Source: Bacteroidota bacterium
GTDB lineage: Bacteria; Bacteroidota; Bacteroidia; Flavobacteriales; Flavobacteriaceae
Length of the DNA: 64,000 bases
NCBI GenBank assembly: GCA_038147335.1
Contig: JAYQTK010000006.1
Location: 126,625 to 190,624, forward strand
Reading direction: 5' to 3'
The position numbers and the translations under genes were made by a program. A model generated the notes under the pieces. That model saw nothing but the letters and a program-made list of their open reading frames with translations, made no database searches and had not been told where the DNA came from. Shown here in pieces: positions 38,260 to 47,423 of this stretch (the first letter of the stretch is position 1; each line of letters begins with the position of its first letter).

Positions 38260-38444
38260 TACTTATATTTTTTATTTTTTGGTTTCTGCCAACTAAATGC
38301 TGCTCCAATTGCAACACCTACTGCTAACCATACTGGTTGATTTGTTGAAGCAAAAACTGCTGCTCCAATTGCAGTCCAAACACCAATCCATGCACCACTA
38401 TTATTAGAATTCTTATGTTTCATATTCATATTATAAAGATACAC
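38259..38444 (-). CDS. small hypothetical membrane protein (glycine-zipper-like)
   Basis: 61-aa ORF filling the recN-fabI gap exactly. It has two Gly/Ala-rich hydrophobic segments (GAWIGVWTAIGAAVFA, VWLAVGVAIGAAF) and a basic C-terminus. The true start may be an internal Met. Confidence 0.5.
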   Translation of the reverse strand: MYLYNMNMKHKNSNNSGAWIGVWTAIGAAVFASTNQPVWLAVGVAIGAAFSWQKPKNKKYK

Positions 38445-40097
38445 TTAATTCAATAACTCATTAGCAAGTTCATTTGCTGATTTGTTTGATTTATCTCCTG
38501 ATAACATCTCTGCGATTTCTTTTACTCTTTCTTTATCTTCAAGTAATTTGATATCAGTTATAATTTTATTTTCGACTTCCTTTTTAAATACCTTGTAATG
38601 AAAATCACCTTTTGATGCAACTTGAGGTGTATGTGTTATAACTATAACTTGCATATTCTTTGACATTTGACCCATTAAATCTGCAACTTTTGAGGATACA
38701 GATCCTGATATACCAGTATCAATTTCATCAAAAATTATAGTCGATAATTTAATATAGCTAGACAAAATTGATTTAATTGAAAGCATTATTCTTGAAACCT
38801 CCCCACCCGAGGCTATATTTCTTAGATCACTATATTTATCACCTTTATTTGACTTAAGTAAAAATTTACCTTCACTAAATCCATTTTTTTGAATTGATTC
38901 TGTTTTTGACAAATCAATTTTTATTTCTGAATTATTCATTCCTAATTCAGACAAGTTTTGATTTAATAATTTCTCAAAATCGTTCTTAACAGAATATCTT
39001 TTTTTATGAATAAGATTAGCTCTAGAAATAAGATCACCTAATAAGATATCTTTTGAAGATTTTAAATCTTTAATTTCTTGATCAATATCTTGATGTCCAT
39101 CTACAACCAATATTAGGTTCTCCTTTATTTTAATTAATTCATCTATTGATGATACTCTATGTTTATTTTGTAATGTATAGATTTTATCAAGATTTCCTCT
39201 TAATTGATTTATATCTTCTTCTGAGTTAGAGAGGTCATTAAGTATTGATTGAGAGTCATCAATCATGTCATTTAGACTTTGAATGATAGAACTAAGGCTA
39301 TCTGCCAAAGAATTAATTCGATTAGAAGATCCTGAGACTTTGTTTAGCTTTTTTACAATATTTGAGAGTTTTTCTGAGATTCCTACATGCTCCGAATTAA
39401 ACTCTTCATTAATTAGAGCTAAGGCTTCTTTAATATCATCTACGTTATCTGCCTCCTTAACTTTGTTCTCTATATCTTCTAGGTCAATATTATCAAGATC
39501 TATACTATTAAATTCATTTAATAAGTAATTATTATAATCAAGATCTGAGTCAAGAGTATCTCTTTGTATTTCTTTTTCTTTAATTTTTTTCTCTAAAGCC
39601 ATTAAAGACTTAAAATCATTTGTATAAGTATTGAAATTAATTGTGTTATTTGATAAAGAATCAAGAATTAAAAAAATAAAGTTTGTATCTAGTATATTGA
39701 GATTGTTAAACTGAGAGTGAATATCCAGTAAAGAATTTGTTAAACTTGATAATTGGTCTAGCCTAACAGGAGTATCATTAACAAATGCTCTTGATTTCCC
39801 ACTTTGATTAATCTCTCTTCTAATTATTGTATGATTATCAAAATCTAAATCATTATCTGAAAAAAATACCTCAAGATTTTGACCATTAAGGTCAAAAGTT
39901 GCTTCAACAAAGCACTTTTTATCTTTATTGATAATTTTTGTATTGTCAACTCTGGAGCCAAGAACAAGTGATAACCCTCCCAGTAGAATTGACTTTCCAG
40001 CTCCCGTTTCTCCAGTGATTGAAGTCATACCATTTTCAAATGATATTTCAACATTATCAATTAGAGCATAATTACTTATTCTTAATTTTTTTAACAT
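38445..40097 (-). CDS. recN: DNA repair protein RecN
   Basis: 550 aa. SMC-like N-terminal Walker A GETGAGKS, a long coiled coil, C-terminal signature ASGGEVSRIML and Walker B IIFDEIDTG. Confidence 0.95.
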   Translation of the reverse strand: MLKKLRISNYALIDNVEISFENGMTSITGETGAGKSILLGGLSLVLGSRVDNTKIINKDKKCFVEATFDLNGQNLEVFFSDNDLDFDNHTIIRREINQSGKSRAFVNDTPVRLDQLSSLTNSLLDIHSQFNNLNILDTNFIFLILDSLSNNTINFNTYTNDFKSLMALEKKIKEKEIQRDTLDSDLDYNNYLLNEFNSIDLDNIDLEDIENKVKEADNVDDIKEALALINEEFNSEHVGISEKLSNIVKKLNKVSGSSNRINSLADSLSSIIQSLNDMIDDSQSILNDLSNSEEDINQLRGNLDKIYTLQNKHRVSSIDELIKIKENLILVVDGHQDIDQEIKDLKSSKDILLGDLISRANLIHKKRYSVKNDFEKLLNQNLSELGMNNSEIKIDLSKTESIQKNGFSEGKFLLKSNKGDKYSDLRNIASGGEVSRIMLSIKSILSSYIKLSTIIFDEIDTGISGSVSSKVADLMGQMSKNMQVIVITHTPQVASKGDFHYKVFKKEVENKIITDIKLLEDKERVKEIAEMLSGDKSNKSANELANELLN

Positions 40098-41292
40098 TCT
40101 TATAAATAGTTTCCATTATATCTATTGAAACATCTTTTTTATGTTTCTTTTCAAATGGAGTAATTTCTAAATCTGAATTTATAAAATCAATTTGATTAAA
40201 GTCATTTGAAATTGGATTAAAATCTCCAATTTTATTAACTATTATTGCGTCAAGATTTTTAGACTTCAATTTTACCTTTGCATTATCAATGTGATCATCA
40301 GTCTCCAGGGCAAATCCAACTAGATATTGATTCTTTTTTATTTTGCCTAATTCCTTAATTATATCCTTGGTAGGTTTAAGTTTAATAGAATCTAAACCTA
40401 TATCTTTTTTAATTTTAGTGTCTTTAAATTCAGCTGGTTTAAAATCAGAAACAGCTGCAGAGCAAATTACAACGTCAGATGATTTAAAATGAGTAATAGT
40501 TTCTTCAAACATCTGATCAGAATCTAGAACCCTATATGTATCTATATTTAACAAGTCCATTGATAAATTCGTTGGACCTAAGATAAGTTTCACATTTGCT
40601 CCAAGAGAAATAGCTGCTTTAGCTAAGTGATATCCCATTTTTCCAGATGAACTATTACCAATAAATCTGACTGGATCAATTTTTTCATGAGTTGGACCAG
40701 CAGTTATTAAAAAATTAAGATTATTTAGTGGAAGAGATTCTTTAAGCTTAATTTCAATATGTTCAATTATCTCTTCTGGCTCCAACATTCTGCCTTCACC
40801 TTCTAAACCACTTGCAAGAGAGCCTTTACCAACAGGAAGTACATTAGTCTTATTCTTAACTAATTTCTGAATATTTTCTTGATTAAGAGAATTTCTATAC
40901 ATTTCAAGGTCCATTGCTGGAGCAATAAATACGGGGCAACTACTTGATAAATAACATGCTAAAAGAATATTATCACATTTAGCATTTGCCATTGAAGATA
41001 TAGAATTTGATGTAGCAGGAGCAATTATAAAGATATCAGCCCATTCGGAAAGCTCCACATGATTATTCCAAGTGGGGTTTCCGTTTTTCTCAGTAGAAAA
41101 TTCTGAGTAAACATCATTTTTTGAAACAGTTGAAAGAGTAAGAGGAGTGACAAATTCTTTAGAGGAAGGAGTCATAACAACTTTAACATTACAGTTTAGC
41201 TTAACAAGTTGCCTTATAAGTAAAGGTGTCTTATAGGCAGCTATTCCACCTGTTACTCCTACTAGTATATTCTTTTGAGCTAAAACACTCAT
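40072..41292 (-). CDS. coaBC: bifunctional phosphopantothenoylcysteine decarboxylase / phosphopantothenate-cysteine ligase
   Basis: 406 aa. N-terminal flavoprotein motif ILVGVTGGIAAYK and a C-terminal DFP domain (ITAGPTHEKIDPVRFIGNSSSGKMG). Confidence 0.95.
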   Translation of the reverse strand: MSVLAQKNILVGVTGGIAAYKTPLLIRQLVKLNCNVKVVMTPSSKEFVTPLTLSTVSKNDVYSEFSTEKNGNPTWNNHVELSEWADIFIIAPATSNSISSMANAKCDNILLACYLSSSCPVFIAPAMDLEMYRNSLNQENIQKLVKNKTNVLPVGKGSLASGLEGEGRMLEPEEIIEHIEIKLKESLPLNNLNFLITAGPTHEKIDPVRFIGNSSSGKMGYHLAKAAISLGANVKLILGPTNLSMDLLNIDTYRVLDSDQMFEETITHFKSSDVVICSAAVSDFKPAEFKDTKIKKDIGLDSIKLKPTKDIIKELGKIKKNQYLVGFALETDDHIDNAKVKLKSKNLDAIIVNKIGDFNPISNDFNQIDFINSDLEITPFEKKHKKDVSIDIMETIYKNVKKIKNK

Positions 41293-41303
41293 TTTATTGA
41301 AGT

Positions 41304-41636
41304 TTATTGCTCAGTATCAGCTTCTGTATCCCTATAATAGATTTTATTTTCAAGCCATTCTTCAATAGCTATTGCATATGGCTTAGGAAGTTTTTCATAA
41401 AATTTTGAAACTTCGATTTGCTCTTTATTCTCAAAGATTTCTTCAAGGCTATCATTGTGAGTGGCAAACTCATCGAGTTTATCATGTAATTCTTTCTTGA
41501 TTTCAGAATTAATCTGACCTGATCTCTTTGCAATTATTGAAATAGCCTCATAAATATTATCAGTAGGATTTTCAATCTCAAGTTTATTATATGTTTTTGT
41601 GCTGTTCGCTGCGTTGGAGTTTCTGTATTTATTCAT
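41304..41636 (-). CDS. rpoZ: DNA-directed RNA polymerase subunit omega (long Bacteroidota form)
   Basis: 110 aa. NIYEAISIIAKRSGQIN matches the omega/Rpb6 core helix. The coaBC-adjacent position is typical for Bacteroidota. Confidence 0.75.
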   Translation of the reverse strand: MNKYRNSNAANSTKTYNKLEIENPTDNIYEAISIIAKRSGQINSEIKKELHDKLDEFATHNDSLEEIFENKEQIEVSKFYEKLPKPYAIAIEEWLENKIYYRDTEADTEQ

Positions 41637-41644
41637 TAGTTTAT

Positions 41645-42391
41645 TTATAAAAGTTGTTTAGCAATATTAATCTTTTCAGACAAGTCTTCAATAAAAATGG
41701 TATCTGGATAATACCTTAAAAAATTATCAAGTGACCTCTCTAATTCTGTAACTCTCTCAACAATTCTCGACTCAATACTATTTATAGCAATTTCATATTG
41801 AGACAACCACTTATAATAGAGAGCCTCCTCTCTAAAAATAGTACCAGGATTGTCAGCTATAAAGTTATCAAGTGATTTAATTGCTGAAGCATAATCTCTA
41901 ATAGTATAGTATTGCTTTGAAATTTCAAAGTCTTTTTCTTCTAGCTTATTCTGAAGCTCATCCATTAGTTCAAGTGCCTCTGAAACATATTCACTATTTG
42001 GGAATCTATTTATAAATACCTGGAGTTTATCAATACCAGTGTATGTATCATCTTGATCAAGTGTATAACGAGGTGATAACATGAAATATGATTTAGCCTC
42101 CATAAAATATGCTTCTTGAATCCTTTGGCTATTTGGATAAGATTTTATAAAATTTTCAAATTGAATTGCAGCAGAGTAATATAATTTAGTCTCAAAATAA
42201 GAGTTTGCAAAAAAGTAGACTAGTCTTTCACCCTGAGGTTTTCCTCTGTAACTTGGTATAATTTGCTCAATCAATGCATTTGCCCTTCTAAACTCTCCGT
42301 TATTATAATAATTCTCAGCTGCAGTATACTTATCAACCTCATTTTCAGTGCTATTAAGTAACTTTTGATAATCATTACAGGATAGCAACAA
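41645..42391 (-). CDS. bamD: outer membrane protein assembly factor BamD (TPR lipoprotein); 5' end uncertain
   Basis: TPR-rich, YfiO-like sequence. The track start is a TTG only 4 codons before the lipobox Cys. The same frame reads NILFNVFSILLLSC upstream, with an out-of-frame ATG at 42426. See the finding on this gene. Confidence 0.85.
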   Translation of the reverse strand: MLLSCNDYQKLLNSTENEVDKYTAAENYYNNGEFRRANALIEQIIPSYRGKPQGERLVYFFANSYFETKLYYSAAIQFENFIKSYPNSQRIQEAYFMEAKSYFMLSPRYTLDQDDTYTGIDKLQVFINRFPNSEYVSEALELMDELQNKLEEKDFEISKQYYTIRDYASAIKSLDNFIADNPGTIFREEALYYKWLSQYEIAINSIESRIVERVTELERSLDNFLRYYPDTIFIEDLSEKINIAKQLL

Positions 42392-42443
42392 AATTGAAAA
42401 GACATTAAAAAGAATATTCTATACATGTAGATTTATTGTTTGG

Positions 42444-42451
42444 CAAATTTA
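42444..42451 (-). promoter_or_regulatory. -7 box TAAATTTG upstream of bamD
   Basis: TAnnTTTG on the minus strand, 18 nt upstream of the out-of-frame ATG at 42426. Confidence 0.4.
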
Positions 42452-42459
42452 ATATAAGT

Positions 42460-44457
42460 TTATGAAATAAGATCTATTAAATTAACTTCATTAATAATAG
42501 ATACCCCAAGTTCATTAGCAGTACTTAATTTTGATGGTCCAATATTGTTACCTGCAACTAGATAATTAGTTTTCTTGCTAACAGATGAACTAATTTTTCC
42601 ACCATTTAATTCTATTATATTCTTAATCTCATCCCTACTATGAGATTCAAAGACACCCGAGATAACAAATATTTTACCATTCAATTTTGCTGAATGAATG
42701 TCATAATCTTTTTGATAGAAATTCAGACCAAAAGATTTAAGCTTATTTATTATTTGGATATTATTAATGTCACTAAAAAAATCAACTATACTCTTAGCTG
42801 TTTTATCTCCAATTTCATCAATAGATGATAAAGATTCAATATCCATATGAGCTAATTTATCTATTGAATCAACATGTTTAATTATTTTTTTTGATGCAGA
42901 CTCACCCACATATCTAATACCTAAACCGAATAAAACTTTTTGGAATGAATTTAATTTTGATTCTTCAATCCCTTTTTTAAGATTCTCTGCTGATTTTTTT
43001 CCATAGCCTTCAATTTTAGAAATTTCATCATAATTAAGATTATATATATCGGCTATATCTCTTAAAAATCCTAAATCATAAAAAAGTCTTATTGTTTCAT
43101 CTCCTAGCCCATCAATATTCATTGCTTTTCTAGATACAAAATGTTGAATTCTACCAATAGCTTGAGGTCTACAATCTATATAATTTGTACAAAAATAATT
43201 AGCTTCAGATTCTAGTTTTTCTAGCTTGCTATTACACTCAGGACAAATTTCTGGAAAGATTATTTCATCCTCTGAACTACCCCTTCTTTCCTCATCAATT
43301 CCCGTAATTTTAGGAATTATCTCTCCACCTTTTTCAACAAACACAAAATCGTTAACCCTTAATTTTAATTTAAGCATTTGATCATAACTATGAAGAGAGG
43401 CTCTCTTAACAGTTGAGCCAGAGATTAAAACGGGTTCCAGATTAGCAACTGGTGTAACAGCACCAGTCCTCCCCACATTAAAGGAAATTGATTTTAATCT
43501 AGTAGCAAGGTTCTCAGCTTTATACTTATAGGATATTGCCCATCTTGGGAATTTTGAAGTGAATCCCAGTTGGTTCTGATAATCTATCTTATTTATTTTA
43601 ACAACAACTCCATCAATCTCAAATGGTAAAGTGTTTCTATTTATTTCCCAATATTTAATATATTCTTTTACTCCTTGAATACTATTTACTACTCTTTCAT
43701 AATTCGGCACATTAAATCCCATTTCTCTAGCGATATTTAACAATTCAGAGTGATCTTCAATAGCTATATCATCAGAAACAATAGAGTATAAAAAACATTC
43801 CAAAGGTCTTCTTGCAACTTCATTGGAATCGAGCATTTTAATACTTCCAGATGCGGTATTTCGAGGATTCATGAATGGTTGTTCACCATTATCTTTTCTT
43901 TTTTTATTAAGCTGATTAAAAGAGTCTAAGGGAATAATTATTTCACCTCTAATCTCAAATTTATTTTTCTTGAAACTTTCTTTTAATTTGATAGGTATTG
44001 AAGATATTGTCTTTAAATTTTTTGTGATATTATCTCCATTTGATCCATCACCTCTTGTCAATCCTCTTACAAGTTTACCTTCATCATACAATAAATTAAC
44101 AGACGCACCATCATATTTAAGCTCACAACAAAATTCAAAGTCTGTTATACCAATGTTTTTAACCACCCTATCATACCATGCTTCAAGTTCCTCTGAAGAA
44201 TAAGTATTATCAAGTGAATACATTGGATAAATATGAGATTCTGAATCAAACTTTTCAGATAGCCCACCACCAACTCTATTTGTTGGAGAATTTTCGTCTT
44301 TAAATTGTGGATAATCATTTTCAAGTCTTACTAGTTCTGCTAAAAGTTTGTCATATTCAATATCAGATATAATATTTTTATCGAGATCATAATAGTAATA
44401 ATTATGTTGGTTAATTAAATCTCTTAATTCCTGTATTTTTTGTTTAATATTATCCAT
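42460..44457 (-). CDS. ligA: NAD-dependent DNA ligase
   Basis: 665 aa. Adenylation motif CELKYDG, a Zn finger (CPECNSKLEK...YFCTN..C), HhH repeats and a C-terminal BRCT domain. Confidence 0.97.
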   Translation of the reverse strand: MDNIKQKIQELRDLINQHNYYYYDLDKNIISDIEYDKLLAELVRLENDYPQFKDENSPTNRVGGGLSEKFDSESHIYPMYSLDNTYSSEELEAWYDRVVKNIGITDFEFCCELKYDGASVNLLYDEGKLVRGLTRGDGSNGDNITKNLKTISSIPIKLKESFKKNKFEIRGEIIIPLDSFNQLNKKRKDNGEQPFMNPRNTASGSIKMLDSNEVARRPLECFLYSIVSDDIAIEDHSELLNIAREMGFNVPNYERVVNSIQGVKEYIKYWEINRNTLPFEIDGVVVKINKIDYQNQLGFTSKFPRWAISYKYKAENLATRLKSISFNVGRTGAVTPVANLEPVLISGSTVKRASLHSYDQMLKLKLRVNDFVFVEKGGEIIPKITGIDEERRGSSEDEIIFPEICPECNSKLEKLESEANYFCTNYIDCRPQAIGRIQHFVSRKAMNIDGLGDETIRLFYDLGFLRDIADIYNLNYDEISKIEGYGKKSAENLKKGIEESKLNSFQKVLFGLGIRYVGESASKKIIKHVDSIDKLAHMDIESLSSIDEIGDKTAKSIVDFFSDINNIQIINKLKSFGLNFYQKDYDIHSAKLNGKIFVISGVFESHSRDEIKNIIELNGGKISSSVSKKTNYLVAGNNIGPSKLSTANELGVSIINEVNLIDLIS

Positions 44458-45291
44458 TTAAAATGATAACTTAGCAAGTCTTTTTTTTCCTCTAAAATCC
44501 ACTCTAAAGTTAACATCATTTGGCTTAAATTCAGTTAATAAACTATTAAATTCTTTAATAAAATCAGGATTTATTTCAAGGTATATCTGACCTCCTTTAT
44601 TTAAGTTTTTATTTGCAAAAACAAGTATTTGTTTATAGAAATGAAGTGGATTATCTTCTGGAGCAAACAGTGCAATATGAGGTTCAAAATTTACATTCTC
44701 ATCTATTTCATCTTTCTTTGAGTAATCAAGATAAGGAGGGTTTGATATAATAATATCAAAGAATTCATCGTTAGTAAATTTAGTGTTCATATCATACTCT
44801 ATTATTTTTACATTTGACTCAAGGATATCCTTATTTATATTACATACACGGAGAGCTTCTTTTGATATATCTGCTAATGTTACATCAAGACTTATTGTTT
44901 TAGAAATTGATATTCCAATACATCCTGATCCAGCTCCCAAATCAATTAATTTTTTTCTATCATTTGTATTATTATCGTCAATTACCCATTGGACTAATTC
45001 TTCTGTTTCTGGTCTTGGTATTAAGACATTTTCATCTACATAAAAATCATAACCAAAAAAACTTTTCTTATTTATTATGTAATCTAAAGGATAATTTCTA
45101 AGAATATTTTTAAGACTTGATCTTAAAAGCATCTCATTTTCTGGTTTTACAATAAAATTTGGATCTAGGGCTATTTTTAAAGGATCAATATTACATAGCT
45201 CTTTAAGTAATATTTTGAAAATATAATCAGATTCTTTATTTGTTTTTTCTAATTCAGATCTATAAAAATCTCTAAATTCAATTATATTCAT
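44458..45291 (-). CDS. prmC: peptide chain release factor N5-glutamine methyltransferase
   Basis: 277 aa. SAM motif DLGAGSGCI and catalytic NPPY (ISNPPYL). Confidence 0.9.
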   Translation of the reverse strand: MNIIEFRDFYRSELEKTNKESDYIFKILLKELCNIDPLKIALDPNFIVKPENEMLLRSSLKNILRNYPLDYIINKKSFFGYDFYVDENVLIPRPETEELVQWVIDDNNTNDRKKLIDLGAGSGCIGISISKTISLDVTLADISKEALRVCNINKDILESNVKIIEYDMNTKFTNDEFFDIIISNPPYLDYSKKDEIDENVNFEPHIALFAPEDNPLHFYKQILVFANKNLNKGGQIYLEINPDFIKEFNSLLTEFKPNDVNFRVDFRGKKRLAKLSF

Positions 45292-45767
45292 TTTAAATCT
45301 TTAAGCATCCATACAGGACAGGCAGTATGTCCTGTATTACCCAATGGTTTGTCAATATATTCAAATCCTTTTTTTAAATATAATTTTTGAGCACTAATCA
45401 TGTTAGGCATTGTTTCAATATAACATTTAGTAAAATTTGATTTTATTGCAAATGCTAAACACTTATCAATCATTTTATTTCCAAGACCTTTTCCACGGAT
45501 AGACTTATGAAAATACATTTTTTGAAGCTCACATATATCACTAGTGCTTTCTTTAAGCTCAGATATTCCAGCTCCACCTAGGATTTTATTTTCATGCTCA
45601 ATTATATAATATATAGATCTTGAATTTTGATAAGCTTCAAACATTTTGTCAAGCTCTGGATCTTCATATGCAGAACCTTTTTTTGGTATTTCCATTTCAA
45701 CAAGAACTTCCCTGAGAATTCTTGAAAGACTTTTGTTATCACTCTCATTAATAGATCTTATTAACAT
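45288..45767 (-). CDS. GNAT family N-acetyltransferase
   Basis: 159 aa. Acetyl-CoA motif IRGKGLGNKMI. Confidence 0.85.
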   Translation of the reverse strand: MLIRSINESDNKSLSRILREVLVEMEIPKKGSAYEDPELDKMFEAYQNSRSIYYIIEHENKILGGAGISELKESTSDICELQKMYFHKSIRGKGLGNKMIDKCLAFAIKSNFTKCYIETMPNMISAQKLYLKKGFEYIDKPLGNTGHTACPVWMLKDLK

Positions 45768-45814
45768 AATGATCTTTTTGATTTAAATTTACAATTCTAA
45801 TTTTTAAATAAATT

Positions 45815-46849
45815 ATGGACATACACATTAAATACATGAAGAGATGTATTGAATTAGCATCTGAAGTAATTGGAAACACATATCCAAATCCTATGGTAGG
45901 CTGTGTAATTGTTCATAATAATAAGATAATTGGTGAAGGCTCAACTCAAGAGCACGGATTTAATCATGCTGAAGTTGAAGCAATCAATAGTGTAGTTAAT
46001 AAAGACTTACTTAAAGAGTCAACATTATATGTTAGTCTTGAGCCTTGTAATCATCATGGAAAAACTCCACCTTGTACAAAGCTAATTCTTGAGAAAGGAA
46101 TTAAGAATGTTATAATAGGATCAAAAGATCCAAACAGAAATGTTTTGGGCGGTGGAATCAATACTCTTATTTCAAATGGATGTAATGTAGAACATGGAAT
46201 TATGAAAGAAGAGTGTGATGCCCTTAATAAAAGATTTTTCACATTTCAAAATGAAAAGAGACCATACATTATATTAAAATGGGCAGAATCTAAAGATGGA
46301 TATATAAGCCCAAAGAAATCTGATCGAATTAAAGGAGAAATATTTTGGATTTCAAATGAAGAATCTAAAAAAATGTCTCACAATTTTAGAAGTCAAGAAC
46401 ATTCAATCCTAGTAGGAGTTCAAACAGTTATTGATGATAACCCAGAATTAACCACCAGGTTAGTTAATGGAAATAATCCTACAAGGATAGTTCTTGATCC
46501 AAATAATAGAATCCCACCAAATTCAAAAGTATTGTCAAATGAGTCAGAAACAATTATTTTTTCATCAACAAAAAACTTAGAATTAGATGCAGATAATGAG
46601 GTTATTAAAAAGTTTGATCTTGATTCGATTCTAGAAACATTATTTAAACGAGGTATTCAGTCAATGATTGTAGAAGGAGGAGCATATACTATTCAAAAGT
46701 TTATAGATTCTGACAAGTGGGATTGTATTAGGGTATTTAAGTCTGAAAAAAATCTTTATGACGGAGTAGTTGCTCCAAAATATGAAATTGATAAATTAGA
46801 ATATAGGTTGATTGGAGACAACAAGTTTTATGAAATTTTCAAAAATTAA
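45815..46849 (+). CDS. ribD: bifunctional riboflavin biosynthesis deaminase/reductase
   Basis: 344 aa. Zinc deaminase motifs HAEVEA and SLEPCNHHGKTPPC, plus a C-terminal RibD_C reductase domain. Confidence 0.95.
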   Translation: MDIHIKYMKRCIELASEVIGNTYPNPMVGCVIVHNNKIIGEGSTQEHGFNHAEVEAINSVVNKDLLKESTLYVSLEPCNHHGKTPPCTKLILEKGIKNVIIGSKDPNRNVLGGGINTLISNGCNVEHGIMKEECDALNKRFFTFQNEKRPYIILKWAESKDGYISPKKSDRIKGEIFWISNEESKKMSHNFRSQEHSILVGVQTVIDDNPELTTRLVNGNNPTRIVLDPNNRIPPNSKVLSNESETIIFSSTKNLELDADNEVIKKFDLDSILETLFKRGIQSMIVEGGAYTIQKFIDSDKWDCIRVFKSEKNLYDGVVAPKYEIDKLEYRLIGDNKFYEIFKN

Positions 46850-47238
46850 AATAATTCACTAATTATTTTTGGACACCTCTGCGGTTTCATTGATTTTGAA
46901 TTTAAAAATGCTAAAGTTGTCGAACCTTCAGTTGTAAGCTCATTATTTTGATTAAAAATCTGATACTTAAATTCAATAGTTGATGTTGGCTTTTTCTCAC
47001 AAATTACATTTACATATAATGAGTCACCAAAAAAAAGAGATTTAATAAATTTTATTTCACATTTAACAACAGGAAGTATTATATCACTTTCTTCAATTTT
47101 TTGGTAAGGCATTTTTAGCTTTTCAAGCCACTCAATTCTAGCTAATTCAAAAAATTTTAAATAATTACTATGATGGACAATCCCCATTTGATCAGTTTCA
47201 CTATATCTAACTTTTATTATGTCCGTTTTATATTTCAT
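46846..47238 (-). CDS. acyl-CoA thioesterase, 4HBT/YbgC family
   Basis: 130 aa. VRYSETDQMGIVHHSNYLKFFE hot-dog fold signature. Confidence 0.88.
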   Translation of the reverse strand: MKYKTDIIKVRYSETDQMGIVHHSNYLKFFELARIEWLEKLKMPYQKIEESDIILPVVKCEIKFIKSLFFGDSLYVNVICEKKPTSTIEFKYQIFNQNNELTTEGSTTLAFLNSKSMKPQRCPKIISELF

Positions 47239-47275
47239 TTTTTTTGTTATATGAAGGAATTGATTGTTTTTCCTA

Positions 47276-47283
47276 CAAATTTA
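47276..47283 (-). promoter_or_regulatory. -7 box TAAATTTG upstream of the thioesterase gene
   Basis: TAnnTTTG on the minus strand, 38 nt upstream of ATG 47238. Confidence 0.3.
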
Positions 47284-47423
47284 TGCTACATGATTTTAAA
47301 TAAAAAAAAATTAATAATCAATAGGTAAACTAATTTTTTTTTCACTTTTTTTAATTAATATTTGTCAAGAACAATAAACAATAATTCATAAATATATTCA
47401 ATTAACCTTTAGCCAAGAAAAAA

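Noticed and set aside
45768-45814. An FMN riboswitch upstream of ribD. I also looked for a glycine riboswitch upstream of gcvT (12244-12261) and a T-box or leader upstream of thrS (54945-54971).
   Set aside because: The intergenic spaces are 47, 18 and 27 nt. These are far too short to hold these structured elements, and no conserved core sequences are visible.
47239-47423. A DnaA-box cluster upstream of dnaA (TTTTCCTACA and TTATGCTACA looked box-like).
   Set aside because: Both carry an extra base relative to TTATCCACA. The second overlaps a minus-strand -7 promoter box (TAAATTTG) for the thioesterase gene. No 8/9 or better DnaA-box match was found in this intergenic region, so the oriC idea rests on gene orientation only.
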